From Octopus bimaculoides (lineage: Eukaryota): a stretch of DNA of 64,000 nt. Both the position numbers and the translations under genes were made by a program. Shown in pieces: positions 12,990 to 26,704 of the stretch (position 1 is the stretch's first letter; each line of letters starts with the position of its first letter). The stretch spans positions 47,364,802 to 47,428,801 of the forward strand of contig NC_068987.1 of the NCBI RefSeq assembly GCF_001194135.2, in the 5' to 3' direction. The notes under the pieces are model-generated. The model saw only the letters and a list, made by a program, of their open reading frames with translations, was not told the origin of the DNA and did no database searches.

Positions 12990-14150
12990 ATAAAGAAGGA
13001 GAAAAAAAGGGAAGCTGTATGTATAACTTAGAAGCAGCGCTACAGATGTACCAACACACACGAGATTAGGACATAGCCGATCTCAAGCACTTCTCATGAG
13101 GAATTCTGGAAGGAGCTTCGTGAAACCACTACTGAGACGCTTCCGAATAAAGGAAAGTTGTTGGAAAACAGATTATAGCAGCGACTCCACCTAAGAATAT
13201 CTGAAGAAGGAATTGTATTCCGAAATATCATCGGACTATAGATAACTAAATTACAATAGGTATATAGTCCATTTTTTGTATTATAGTGCATTGTTGTACC
13301 ATTCAAAACTTTTTATTCTTTACAAACAATACACAATGCTTCAAGCAAACTACAATACTCTCCTATATATATTTCATTTAGGATGTTGCTAATTCCACCA
13401 AAAGTATCAAGGTAACTATAGATTACCCCACTAGGCACTCTAACAATAGACTCCTTGTCCTTGATACTGAACTTTGGTTAGAGACTGTGAACAACAGAGT
13501 GCAACTCCTCCACTCCTATTACACAAAACCTATAGCTTCTAAATACTGATAGCAGACCTAGTTAGGATAATGCACAACATGTCCCCACTATGCGAAGCCT
13601 ACGAAACAAAAAAAAGCATGTACAGAACTTCATGCACTACATGCAATTCTCTGGATATGATCAGAAAGATAGGGTTCGGGTATACAGAGGTGCTTGAAAG
13701 AAGTTAGTATTATAAATAACGAAACTAATGGTACCTGCCCGAGATATAGAAGTAAAGACTGGAATAGGATACAAAGAGTTTGTGACAAAGCAAACAGGGT
13801 GAACACGTGATATAAGACTGACAAATGTCAAAGAGTGATGTTTGTAGAGGCCACAGCCCATGGAGAACTAGCCTGTACATTTAGGAAAGCTCTAAAGGAG
13901 GCTAAACTCAACATTAAGATCATTGAAAAGCCAGGGAGCTCCATCAGATCACAACTATGTAGGACATACCCTACATAATGATTCCAAAAACAAGTGAGAC
14001 TTGAGGATCTGTCCCTATACATCACCCCTAAAAGTTGCTTTGTCTTCATACAATTTGTCCAAGGAGAAATGATCTTTCTAAAGGTTGACCTTGTCTTGTA
14101 CTGTTTCAACGAGTCTTGAAAGCGCCTTTCCAACTTATTCACTGACACAA
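12990..14150. mobile_element. Rearranged Penelope-like element remnant (pLTR-like segment, RT-to-GIY-YIG linker, inverted RT piece)
   Basis: + strand 13640-13975 reads VMFVEATAHGELACTFRKALKEAKLNIKIIEKPGSSIRSQLCRTYP, resembling a PLE linker. Hammerhead-like cores at about 13108 and 13201. An RT-like piece lies on the - strand at about 14040-14130. Confidence 0.6.
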
Positions 14151-14470
14151 ATGAGTATTGTTGGAGTTGTTCCTTTTCAAGATTTTTACCGATACAAGTG
14201 ATTCTTGTAGAAAGAGTCCCTTTCTAAAGTTATTCACTGGGACAAGTGAATCATCTAGAAACTGTCCATATCTCAAGTTATTCATCGGCTCAAGTGAATT
14301 TTCTGGGAGCTGTCACTCTCTCATGTTATTCACAAATACAAGAGAAACTTGTAGAAACTGTTCCTCTCCAAGTTATTCACTGGAACAAGTGAATCTTATA
14401 AGAGGTGTCCTTCTATCAAGGTATTCACTGGTACAAATGAGTTGTGCTGTCTCTCTCAAGTTCTTCATGT
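14131..14470. repeat. 48-bp minisatellite, about 7 degenerate units
   Basis: Units start at about 14131, 14179, 14227, 14275, 14323, 14370 and 14418; consensus aagttattcactggnacaagtgaatcntntagaaactgtccntntctc. Confidence 0.85.
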
Positions 14471-15699
14471 ATTCAAATGATGTGTTGGAGCTCCACATTT
14501 TCACTAGTACAAAGAATTGCTGAAGTGAAATGGCTCTACCAGAAATTTAACCTTTATTGTAGCTTCAGCTGGAAACAAGTTTACCACCATTTTGTGGTAT
14601 TTATTACAATCTAATTATTGATTTTACATGAAAAACCTCCTACATTTCTACAAAAACTTTAGCTTCAGTTCTTCACCAGATATGTCTATTTTTAAATGAA
14701 ATTGGTTGGGAGTGTATGCTACATTTCATTAGAACTTAGAACACAAAGGCACCTCTTGAAACCTTCATCATTATGTAGTGTATCATAGACAACTTGATAT
14801 TGTGATGTTCAATCCTCTCCAAAATATGCTCATTGGGGGAATATAAACACAACACTGCAAGTTAAGAAAACATTCATAAATTAATATGGTGTTTCTGCTG
14901 CTTACAACAATGAGTTGCAATGCAGTGTGGTGTCTTTATTTTACAGCTACAAGGACTGAATCACTTGGGAGATCTTCAAAGATATGAAGATAGCATATTG
15001 ATGAAGCAGGGTACACCTGCAAAAGAACTCTTGGTGCTCCCACACATTCTCCACAAATGAAGCTGGTACAGAAACCAATTCTTTTGCAATCATCGACTTT
15101 TTACAACAATTAGTTTCATCCTCAACAGACACTACAGACACTCATGATCCTTCCTTCGTCTCCAAACCAAGCCTTTACTAAAGCAGAATCATCTGAACGC
15201 TGCCTTGTGTTGACTACTGACCATACAACACCTTCTGCACCTTATTTAAGGGCTCTGAGACTGCACATATCTTGGTTGATCAGACATTTTTGAGGAAGAC
15301 TGGCAATTGTTTATTCAAAAGGAAAGGCCACCAACTTGACCCAATACAACTTGGCATCAATGTCATCACAGATTTTCCATCAGAATGCAAAGACCCAGAA
15401 TCGATACTCAAGACAAACCCTCTAAAAGTTTCACTAATCAACTGGCCTGAATATTTTAATTAACTTTAAAAAGATGAAAGGTAAAGTTGCCCAAGGTGAG
15501 GTTAGAATGCAGAACACAGAACTGGAATAAATACTTGCAAGGCACTTATCCCAACACTAACAATTCTGAAAATTCAGTACCTCAGATCAACTGACTGGTT
15601 AGTGTTCTGCCAATTCTATGTTGATTAGTCCTGGCAGCACATAAGCTTCACTCTTGATCCATCAGATTGACCACTCAGTCAGTTGACTGAAACTCTTAA

Positions 15700-16090
15700 C
15701 AAGACCCTCCACAACACACATATTGCCATAATCCCAATAACAGTCAATTCATTATTGTACTGCAAGAGTTCAGACAAAACTGACAGCCTACAATACTTGT
15801 AAGACAAAAACCCCAAAAACTCCAGCATTCAGCATTTGCAAAAGCATCATCCAAGACACAAAGATATCACCATATATTGCAGAGCCCTCGAGTTTTCCCA
15901 CCTTCCAAACTGCAGTCAATCCTTTGGTCTATCATCCAAATAGATTTCTACCAACATTGCAGAATCTATCTGTTCTTTATTTGTTAACCATGATGGCTCT
16001 ATAAGCAGTGCTCATGCAGAGAAATTTTCATACTTGATGCATTACTTTGCATCCAATTCCAAACTGCACATGACTGGTAAATCACAGTCT
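15700..16090 (+). mobile_element. Degraded CR1/L2-group LINE fragment (endonuclease-RT linker)
   Basis: Broken frames reading ...SLFVNHDGSISSAHAEKFSYLMHYFASNSKL resemble the PPL..DG....EKA..FA..F..NS linker of this group. Confidence 0.45.
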
Positions 16091-16646
16091 GTGATCCAAT
16101 ACCAATCCACAACAACTATTTTACATTATCCAGGTATTGTAGAATAAAACATACAGCTCAGAAATACAATGAAATGCCTGCTGTGAATTTGAACTTATGA
16201 CAATGAGATGTAGGTTTAATATTTTATCTATTTAACAGTCATTCCTGTCTATCAAGATATGTACATCTATATTAGAATAGCATAATTTGCATGAAGCATT
16301 GTTTGATATATATATATACATACATATATATATGTTTTTAATTTATTTTTTTAGCTGAAACAATGCAACTTATAAGAAACAATTTAAATCAATGTATTAT
16401 TTCTTATAACTTGCATTGTTCTAGCTTATAAAAAAAGAGGTTAAACACATCTGTGTGTGTGTGTGTGTGTGTGTGTATGTAGGCACAGAGATGGCTGTGT
16501 GGTTAAGGAGCTTGCTTCCCAACCATGTGGCCTGGATTCAGTTCCACTGTGTGACACCTTGGGCATATATCTTCTATAGCTCCAGTCCAACCAAAGCCTT
16601 GTAAGGGTACCAGGTATATGGAGACCAAAGAAACACCTGTTTTGTA

Positions 16647-16695
<49 letters not shown>

Positions 16696-19600
16696 NNNNN
16701 NNNNNNNNNNNNNNNNNNNNNNNNNNNNNNNNNNNNNNNNNNNNNNNNNNNNNNNNNNNNNNNNNNNNNNNNNNNNNNNNNNNNNNNNNNNNNNNNNNNN
16801 NNNNNNNNNNNNNNNNNNNNNNNNNNNNNNNNNNNNNNNNNNNNNNNNNNNNNNNNNNNNNNNNNNNNNNNNNNNNNNNNNNNNNNNNNNNNNNNNNNNN
16901 NNNNNNNNNNNNNNNNNNNNNNNNNNNNNNNNNNNNNNNNNNNNNNNNNNNNNNNNNNNNNNNNNNNNNNNNNNNNNNNNNNNNNNNNNNNNNNNNNNNN
17001 NNNNNNNNNNNNNNNNNNNNNNNNNNNNNNNNNNNNNNNNNNNNNNNNNNNNNNNNNNNNNNNNNNNNNNNNNNNNNNNNNNNNNNNNNNNNNNNNNNNN
17101 NNNNNNNNNNNNNNNNNNNNNNNNNNNNNNNNNNNNNNNNNNNNNNNNNNNNNNNNNNNNNNNNNNNNNNNNNNNNNNNNNNNNNNNNNNNNNNNNNNNN
17201 NNNNNNNNNNNNNNNATTTGGCAGAGTTTCTACAGCTGGATGCCCTTCCTAATGCCAACCACTCAGAGAGTGTAGTGGGTGCTTTTACGTGTCAACCGCA
17301 CGAAAACGGCCACGCTCGAAATGGTGTCTTTTATGTGCCACCCGCACAAGAGCCAGTCCAGGGGCACTGGCAACGATCTCGCTCGAAAACCCTACAAGGC
17401 CAGTCAGGCGGTACTGGCAACGGTCACGCTCAGGATGGTACATCTTATGTGCCACCCGCACAAGAGCCAGTCCAGGGGCACTGGCAACGATTTCACTTGG
17501 CTTGCCGGGTCTTCTCACGCACAGCACATTTCCAAAGGTCTCGGATATAGATAAAATTTACTTGGAAGAGGATGTGTGGTGTTCAATCATATAATGATAT
17601 ATATATATATATGCATATATACATACGTATATGTACATACTTACATCTATATGTATATATAGATGTACATACTTACATCTATATGTATATATAGATGTAT
17701 ATATGTATATATATATGTATATATACATGAAACGTGTACAACAAAAAAATACGAAGTATGAGTACATGGAATATGATCTATTTTTTTCAAACAACAAAAG
17801 ACACAAATGGAAAACAAGACAAACAACATAAAGGACGACCCTTCATCAGTTGTTGGCTGTTTTTCTACTCTCGTATTTCGAGCATTTAACAACAATATAT
17901 GCTTTCAATAAAACAGTTGCTCCTGCAAAGCAAATTAAATAAAATTTGGGATTTTGCAGAGGGTCAAAATTGGTTCTACTTGTTTCAATCATTTGACAAC
18001 AGCCATTCTGGAGCACTGCCTTGAAAGATTTTAGTTAAACAAATCGACCCCAGGGCCTATTTTTAAAATCTAGTACTTATTCTATCGGTCACTTTTGCTG
18101 AATTGCTATGTTATGGGAACATAAACACACCAACACTGGTTGTCAAGCAGTGATGGTGGGGACAAACACTGACACAAAGACATACACACAGATATATACA
18201 GATAGATATCAGAGGCTTCTTTCAGTTTCCATCTACCAAATCCACTCACAAGGCTTTGGTTGGCATGAGGCTATAGTAGAAGACACTTGCCCAAGGTGCT
18301 ATGCAGTGGAACTGAACCTGGAACCATGTGGTTGGGAAGCAAGCTTTTTACTACACAGCTCTGCCTGATATTACAAGAAGTAAACAATTTATTTTGAAGT
18401 AAAAATAACAACACATGCATGTATGTATGTATAAATAAGCAGCGTACGTACAACTTGTCTCTTCTATGTAAGTATACATTTCTCTAAATCTTGTATGACT
18501 CTATTTCCGTCTATCAGCCCCTTCACCCTTATTCGTTCATTCCACTGTTCGTTCTTTCGTTCCCTCTCGCTCACATTTCCTTCACTTTTCACTTCACTGT
18601 GTCCCTGTCATTTTTCTCGCCCCTCCCTAATTATTTTGTCCCTCTGTCTCTACCTCTCTCTCTTCTCTTCCCATGTAACCAGTGTTCGGCCAAGCGTGAT
18701 CTTTCATTCTTAGCCGGCCGTTGTGTGTGTCACGTCGTTATTTCTCCCTGTGCCTGTGAAATCTTGTATTCCTGCCATAAGGCCTTATTTCCATAATGCC
18801 AGCTTAATTTAATTCGTCCTTAGTTGAAAGACATCTGTTATGTCCTGTTTTATTATTTTTATTGTATTTGTGTAACATTGTTCGTATTTTTCCGTCCTTG
18901 TTTTTGTATACATTCGCTGCTTTCTTCCAAGGAATCTAATGCTCTTAGCTTAGTTTTTCCTTGAGGCTGGCCAGATTGGAGCAATATCGAGAATAACCAG
19001 CTGAAATTGCAAGGATAATCTGGATCTCGACTGAGGAAAGAAAACTTCGAATGACCTGTCCTTGTTTTCTTTGTATCGTCTATCTGTATGTTTTGTCCCT
19101 TTCTTGTATCACCTAGCTGTCTAGATGTTTTGCGCCCTTGTCCCATTCTGTATTATTTATACATATATATATAGCGGCGTACATACAACTTGTCTCTTAT
19201 ATGTATGTATGTATATATGTATGTATGTATGTATATATGTATGTATGTATGTATATATGTATGTATGTATGTATGTATGTTTTGAGTGTACAAATAGATG
19301 TATGATTGCTACTGCTAAGTTTAGAGCTCCTCATAGATTATCATCATCAAATCCGCTTCCAGTATGGTGGTTTAGCTACCACTATACTTATTACTGTTAC
19401 TAATTATGATACACAAAGCAAATGTAGAAGAAATTATGATAAACACAAGTTTGTATTATTTGTTCCTATGTACATTTCACCATTGTGGTTGTTGACTACG
19501 CATTGGATATTCCAAGTGTAATTGGATGCTTAATTACAATGGAACATCAGGAAACACTTTACTGCATTATATCACAGAGAACTAATGTTTCTGATGATCC

Positions 19601-20549
19601 ATTGTAGTTAAGTATCCAATTGCACTTGGGGTTCCAAACAACCACAATAATGAAATATGAGTGGGAACTAATAATATCAATTTGTAAATCATCATTTAAT
19701 GCCTGCTTCCCATACTGGCATGGGTTGGTCAGTTTAATCAGAGCTGGTAGGGCCAGGAGCCACAACAGGATCCATTATTTGTTCTGGCATGGTTTCACAG
19801 CTACATGCCCTTCCTAACATCAACCACTCCACAGTGTACTGGGTGTTTTTTATGTGCCAACTTTGCTTATCATAATTTCTTATATATATATATCTATATA
19901 TAAATACACACACACATTATATATATATATATNNNNNNNNNNNNNNNNNNNNNNNNNNNNNNNNNNNNNNNNNNNNNNNNNNNNNNNNNNNNNNNNNNNN
20001 NNNNNNNNNNNNNNNNNNNNNNNNNNNNNNNNNNNNNNNNNNNNNNNNNNNNNNNNNNNNNNNNNNNNNNNNNNNNNNNNNNNNNNNNNNNNNNNNNNNN
20101 NNNNNNNNNNNNNNNNNNNNNNNNNNNNNNNNNNNNNNNNNNNNNNNNNNNNNNNNNNNNNNNNNNNNNNNNNNNNNNNNNNNNNNNNNNNNNNNNNNNN
20201 NNNNNNNNNNNNNNNNNNNNNNNNNNNNNNNNNNNNNNNNNNNNNNNNNNNNNNNNNNNNNNNNNNNNNNNNNNNNNNNNNNNNNNNNNNNNNNNNNNNN
20301 NNNNNNNNNNNNNNNNNNNNNNNNNNNNNNNNNNNNNNNNNNNNNNNNNNNNNNNNNNNNNNNNNNNNNNNNNNNNNNNNNNNNNNNNNNNNNNNNNNNN
20401 NNNNNNNNNNNNNNNNNNNNNNNNNNNNNNNNNNNNNNNNNNNNNNNNNNNNNNNNNNNNNNNNNNNNNNNNNNNNNNNNNNNNNNNNNNNNNNNNNNNN
20501 NNNNNNNNNNNNNNNNNNNNNNNNNNNNNNNNNNNNNNNNNNNNNNNNN

Positions 20550-20584
<35 letters not shown>

Positions 20585-20800
20585 TCATCATCGCCGTTTA
20601 ACATCCGCTTTCCATGCTAGCATGGGTTGGATGATTTGACTGAGGACTGGTGGACCGGGAGGCGACACCAGGCTCCAATCTGATTTGGCAGAGTTTCTAC
20701 AGCTGGATGCCCTTCCTAACGCCAACCACTCTGAGAGTGTAGTGGGTGTTTTACGTGCCACCGGCACGAGGGCCAGTCAGGCGGTACTGGCGATGGCCAC

Positions 20801-20833
<33 letters not shown>

Positions 20834-20997
20834 GAGAGAGAGAGAGTGTGTTAGAAGTAGTTTACAGATATTGAATATTGAGAAAAGAGGTTGCCAGAAT
20901 TTTGGAAAAAGAATTTTTTTATTTCATTATTATTAATGTTTTCATTCGTTTTTTGAACTTGTCAAATAAAATTTTTTTGTGAATGTACAAACAAGTT

Positions 20998-21401
20998 GTT
21001 TGTTTATATAAAACATGTTTCTTTTTGTTTTGTTTAGAAGAGAACATTGTTCTTGTTTTCTTGGGTGAGGTTCCACAACAACGGAGGTAGATAGATAGGT
21101 AGACAGATAGACAGACAGATAGATAGACAGAAAGATAGCTACAGAGAGAGAGAGGGAGGGACCCCCACCTTCAATTTTGACTTCTACTCATTCATTCATT
21201 TATTATGTTTTTTAGCCATTTACCATTTTATTGAAATGAGTTGAAGGATGGTGATCTCTCCTAGGATGGGGTGCAGTCATCACTGAGAGCATTTTTTTTG
21301 TTTTTCTTGTTTTGTTTGTTTTTCTTGTTTTGTTTGTTTTTCTTGTTTTTCCTAGGGTGCCAGGGGGAAGATAAAAGGTTCTATGAAAATTTAAATATAT
21401 A

Positions 21402-21456
<55 letters not shown>

Positions 21457-21810
21457 ATGCGTGCGCATGCATGCACTCGTATGTGTGCCTATGAGTTCAT
21501 GTGTTTGGAAATATGTTTATGTCTACACTGTGTAATTTCAATGTTTTGCATTGAAAAATAAAGTCAGGTTTCTTTTAATTTCATGTTTTTGCATGAAAAA
21601 ACATTAGTACAATATTTACAAATTAGGAAAATAAAATCCAGTGTTATAGAGATGAGCATCATGCTATAAATTTTGGAGCAGAAACAACAGTAATTGTGTA
21701 TTTTATTCTTTCCTTAAGGTGTCTTTCAATTCCATGTCTTGCATGAACAAACAATTTTTACAAGTTAGAAAAATATGTAAAGCTAGAATATTCCAATGCT
21801 ATATATATAT
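20998..21810. repeat. Outer left arm of a large inverted repeat (partner 26705-27412)
   Basis: For example atgctataaattttggagcagaaacaacagtaattgtgta (21661) is the reverse complement of tacacaattactgttgtttcttctccaatatttatagcat (about 26805). Confidence 0.9.
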
Positions 21811-22799
21811 CATCATCATCATCATCATCATCGTTTAACGTCCACTTTCCATGCTAGCATGGGTTGGACGATTTGACTGAAGACTGGATGCCTTTCCTAA
21901 TGCCAACCACTCCCAGAGTTTAGTGGGTGCTTTTACGTGCCATTGGTACGAAGGCCAGTCAGGTGGTATTGGCAACAGCCACGCTCAAAATGGTGTATTT
22001 TATGTGCCACCTGCACAGGAGCCAGTCCAGCGGCACTGGCACAATCTCGCTCGAATGTCTTTACATGTGCCAGGAAGGGGACGCTGGGCACAGGTGCCAT
22101 CACGATTTCGCTTTCGCTTGCCCCAACAGGTCTTCACAAGCCGAGTTTCATGTCCAATGAAGAAGACGACATTGGCATGGGTGCCAGTCGTCGAATTTAG
22201 TTCGATTTCGATTCTGATTTCACTTGCCTCAACAGGTCTTCGTAAGTGGAGTTTTGTTTCCAATGAAGGAAGGTACGCATAAGTGGCTACACCCCTGGTG
22301 GAGGCCTTGAGGTGTAAAATACACCTAAGAGATATTAAATATCCAAAGAATTTACTGGTTTATACTACCTATATCAATAACATTGTTACTCCAACAGGTA
22401 AATAAAAAATAAACATACAGTTTATTAATATATAAATATAAATCAGAAAAGGAAAACAAAACAATTATAAATTCTTAGCGTCTGTTCTGCGACTTCCCTT
22501 ATGAATAGGGCATATAATATCTTCCTTTGGGAAGCCTTTCATGAAGTTCCATGTTCCAGATCAGATGTATTACCATATAGATACCACTAATAGCAATAAG
22601 GATATTAGCATGGATTTTACCGTGGGAGTATTTAAAACCAGGAAGACGTCATTACATAATAATCACCAAGAAACATTTGAACAAGAACTATGGACTATAA
22701 TCAAAAACTTAAAATTTAAGAAACAACCATTGTAGGTATGTATGTATATATATATATATAAGGGGTGTGCATATGTGTATATGTGCATGGGTATATGTA

Positions 22800-22834
<35 letters not shown>

Positions 22835-22892
22835 GCATGATGATGTATATGCATGTGTATATGTATATATGTGTATATGTATGTATCATGTA

Positions 22893-22925
<33 letters not shown>

Positions 22926-23281
22926 ATAATAATGCACCCACATAGCTGCCCATAATGTGTATACACAAGTAGATAGAGCGTATTTATCATGTATAATTTG
23001 TAGTTGGGTTCAATGTTCGTATTTAGGGCATTTCGTTTATATTGATATTACTTTGATTTGTAGTGTGTATAGACTTTATTTTTATGTCTGCATAGAGTTG
23101 GCTTTGTTTGTCGTTTTATTTATATGCATTGATATGTATATATATATGCGAGTGAATGAATAATGTGGTATATATGAGGATATACCGTATTTATCTCATT
23201 TGAAATATATGTGTACATATGTATGTATATGTTTATGTATATACATGTATGTTGTTATATATATATACATGTATGCATTGG

Positions 23282-23321
<40 letters not shown>

Positions 23322-24014
23322 TTGATGTATAAGTGTTTATATGTGTGCATTAAAAATATTATTACTTTGTTTTTGTTGTATGTATATATTTAAATGGTTT
23401 TCCGTTAACTGTATCGAATTGATTATGTTTTTTTTTGTTTCTATAAATGGAAAAAATAGTTATCTCCCCTAAGAGTTAAATTAAAAATATTTAGATTTGA
23501 ATTAATAGATATATAAAATAATGTTCTAACATAAATATACACATATGTGTATGAACTGTATATGTATGCAAATTGTAAAAAATAGATACATGTACATATA
23601 TATATATATGACTGAATAACTAAAATTGTGCATGTGTGTATATATATATATGTGTATACATAAATGTCTGTATTGTGCAAATAAATCAATTATAGAATGG
23701 AATAGTTATAGAATGGAATAGTTATAGATTTAAATTTATGAATTTACAAAATTTCAGTTAGATCATTTACTTATGATTAAGCTCGCTCTTATAAGGCGTC
23801 TTCGTAAAGATTTAGGAATTATAAATATTTTCATTTGATATTTTTTGTCAAATATTAAGCAGATATGTCTATCTGATGAAGCATCATTACATATTCTAAT
23901 GAGTTTGATTATTCTTGAAAAACTTCATTTTATTAATGAAGTGGAAACAGCTATAATTTATGAGATGTGTCATTTGTTAGTATAAAATATTTAAATTGAA
24001 TTGAATTTATAATT

Positions 24015-25210
24015 GTTTAATTTATTGAGATGAGTATGTTTCCAATATTGGAGCTAAAGTTAGAATAAAAAATGCTAATTCTCTGCTTTTCTTTCAAACA
24101 TTCAAGAGAATTTTTTAATGAAGTGTAGCTCCATTGCTTTTCAGTATTGCGGATCTTCCTGTGAGCATTAGTAAAAGGGAAAGATTTTGAATTTTTCGTT
24201 GCTGCATATTTCCAGATGCTCACTTAATGGAATCTTATGTAATTCCTCTTGCCAGATATGCTGCTTGTGTATTCTTGCACATTGGCAGAGGAAATTATTT
24301 GTTTCACCAATGTAATTTTCTTGTTGGTGCATGTAATGCAGTATATAAGGTTCTGCATTTTGCAGTTCATATCTGCATTTATTTTGAATGAGAATCCACT
24401 CTTGAATTTTATGTGGGTACCACTTTCTAATTATTTAAAGTTGTTGTTGTTGCATGTTCCACATCTCCATCTCTACATTCTTGTACTAAGAATTCTGATT
24501 CATTCTCTGACAAACGGGATCATGTGTTCATTAATTTTTTCCTTAGCTGTCCGCAGTTGGGCAATGCTTGGTTTCATTACCTTTTTAATTCCCTCATTAA
24601 TTAATCCTAAAGGATATTTCTGCATTGTGAGGAAGTCTTTGAGCTCGTTGAGTTGGATTTAACATATTTTGGGGTCAGTCACTATAGCACAGATGCGTCT
24701 TGCCATGCTGTATGGGATGTTTCTTTTGATGTGTGATGGATGGTAAGAGTAGAAATTTAAATATTGGTGTGTGTCAGTTTTTTTGTAAAATATGTCTGTT
24801 GTGACTGCCAAGTTCTGTATTTTTATGTGGATATCCAGGAATAGTAGTTCACTGCAACTGTATTCTGTCATGAATTTGATGGATGGGTGACGTGTGTTTT
24901 CTCTACTTCCTCATAAAGTTTTTCTTCCAAGTATTCTATATGAGGGTGCAAATTACGTCCCCATAGCCGTGCCTTTTTATCTGTTGATATTTTTTATTAT
25001 CGAATCTAATGGTATTTTTTTCTAGTACCAGGTGTGTGCCCTTCATCATGAAGTCAGTCTTGAAGCATTCATTTATCAGTGCTTGACTTCTTCCAGGCCT
25101 AAACCGTGAGGTATATTGGTATAAAGATTGGTGACATCAAAACTTGTAAGTATAGTAACTTCTGAGACAGTGGGCAGGATGTGCTGGATGAAATCTATGC
25201 CATTCCATAT
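24015..25210 (-). mobile_element. Penelope-like element, RT C-terminus plus GIY-YIG endonuclease, degraded
   Basis: LFLDIHIKI...TDIFYKKTDTHQYLNFYSYHPSHIKRNIPYSMARRICAIV (PLE RT thumb), CRDGDVEHA/C..C motif, ...KSFPF terminus. Confidence 0.85.
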
Positions 25211-25429
25211 ATGACTGGGTATTAAAGGGCACAAAGGTTTTAGGAGTATATTTAAAAAATGACTTAATTGTTGTGTTGGTGCTTGAGGTCCAGCAACTAT
25301 TGGTCTAAGTTTGAGATCAGCAGGCCTTAGTATTTTTATGTATTGGTTCTTCTATTGATTTATGGTACTTTGTATATCGGAGCTTTTGTGGATTTTGGAC
25401 AATCCGTAGAAATTGCTCTCTTTGATTAA

Positions 25430-26690
25430 GGGATGGCATAGATTTCATCCAGCACATCCCACTCACTGTCCCAGAAGTTACTATACTTACAAGTTTTGAT
25501 GTCACCAATCTTTATACCAATATACCTCATGCTTTAGGCCAAGAAGAAGTCAAGCACAGGGTAGAGAAACATAGAGGACAGATAAATGAATGCTTTAAGA
25601 CTAACTTCATGATGAAGGCCACATGCCTGGTATTAGAAGAAAATATCTTTAGATCTGATAATAAAAAATATCGACAGATAAAAGGCACGGCTATGGGGAC
25701 ATAATTTGCACCCTCATATGCGAATTTAGTCATGGGATACTTAGAAATAAAACTTTATTAAAACAGGAGTACAAGAAATATATCATTAAAAAGTGGAAAT
25801 GCTTCATTTTTTGGGACAGATCAAATGAGGACCTAAGTATATTTAACAATATACTGAACACACTTCACCCATCCATCAAATTCATGACAGAATACAGTTG
25901 CAATGAACTACCATTCCTGGATAAAAAGGCAAAAAAACTAAGCATTGCCCAACTGCAGACACTTAAGGAAAAAATTAATGAACACATGATCCTGTTTGTT
26001 AACACACACAGTCTTGGGCTAACCAACAACTTTCATGCCATAAAATCAAACTTGTCTATACACCTACAAAGCCCCAAAATGAAAAGTCTGATTGAAAAAA
26101 AACCTTTATGGAAGAGTAGATGTGAACCAAAAAATCTTAAGCAACACCTCACAAGAGTAGAATTCACATCAGAGAATGAATCAGACTTCTTAGTAAAAGA
26201 ATGTGGAGACAGGAGATGTGGTACATGCAACAACAACAACAACAACTAAGTAATTAGAAAGTGGTTCCCACATAAAATTCAAGAGTGAATTATCATTCAA
26301 AATAAATGCAGATATGAACTGCAAAATGTAGAACTTCATACACTGCATTACTTGCACCAACTGCAAAGAAAATTACATTGGTGAAACAAATAATTCCCTT
26401 TGCCAACGTGCAAGAATATACAGACAGCATATCTGGCAAGAGAAATTATGTAAGATTTCGTTAAGCAAGCATCTGGAAATATGCAGTGATAGAAAATTCA
26501 AAATCTTTCCCTTTTACAAATGTTCACAGGAAGACCCGCAATACTGAAAAGCCATGGAGCTACATTTTATCAAAAAATTCTCCCCAAAATTGAATGTTTG
26601 AAAGAAAAGTGGAGAGTTAGCATTTTTTATTGTAAATGTAGTTCCAATATCTCCAATATTGGAAACATGATACTCAATAAATATTCAGGT
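25430..26690 (+). mobile_element. Penelope-like element copy inverted relative to 24015-25210
   Basis: SFDVTNLYTNIPH, GTAMGT.FAPSYANLVMGYLE, LPFLD, CGDRRCGTC, CTNCKENYIGET (GIY-YIG region). DNA is the reverse complement of the left copy, with different internal deletions. Confidence 0.85.
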
Positions 26691-26704
26691 ACATACATAT
26701 GTAT

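Noticed and set aside
16503-17550. Long ORFs spanning N-runs (also about 9.2-9.8, 19.9-20.6, 36.2-36.9, 59.5-60.5 and 61.1-61.7 kb) and YIYI/CVCV/HTHT ORFs
   Set aside because: Artefacts of assembly gaps and dinucleotide microsatellites.
19025-19060. Hammerhead at CTGAGGA-AAG-AAAA-CTT-CGAAT
   Set aside because: The GAAA is broken and no stem I or III can be formed; at best a decayed remnant. The same applies to similar motifs at about 17830-17910 and 51625-51645.
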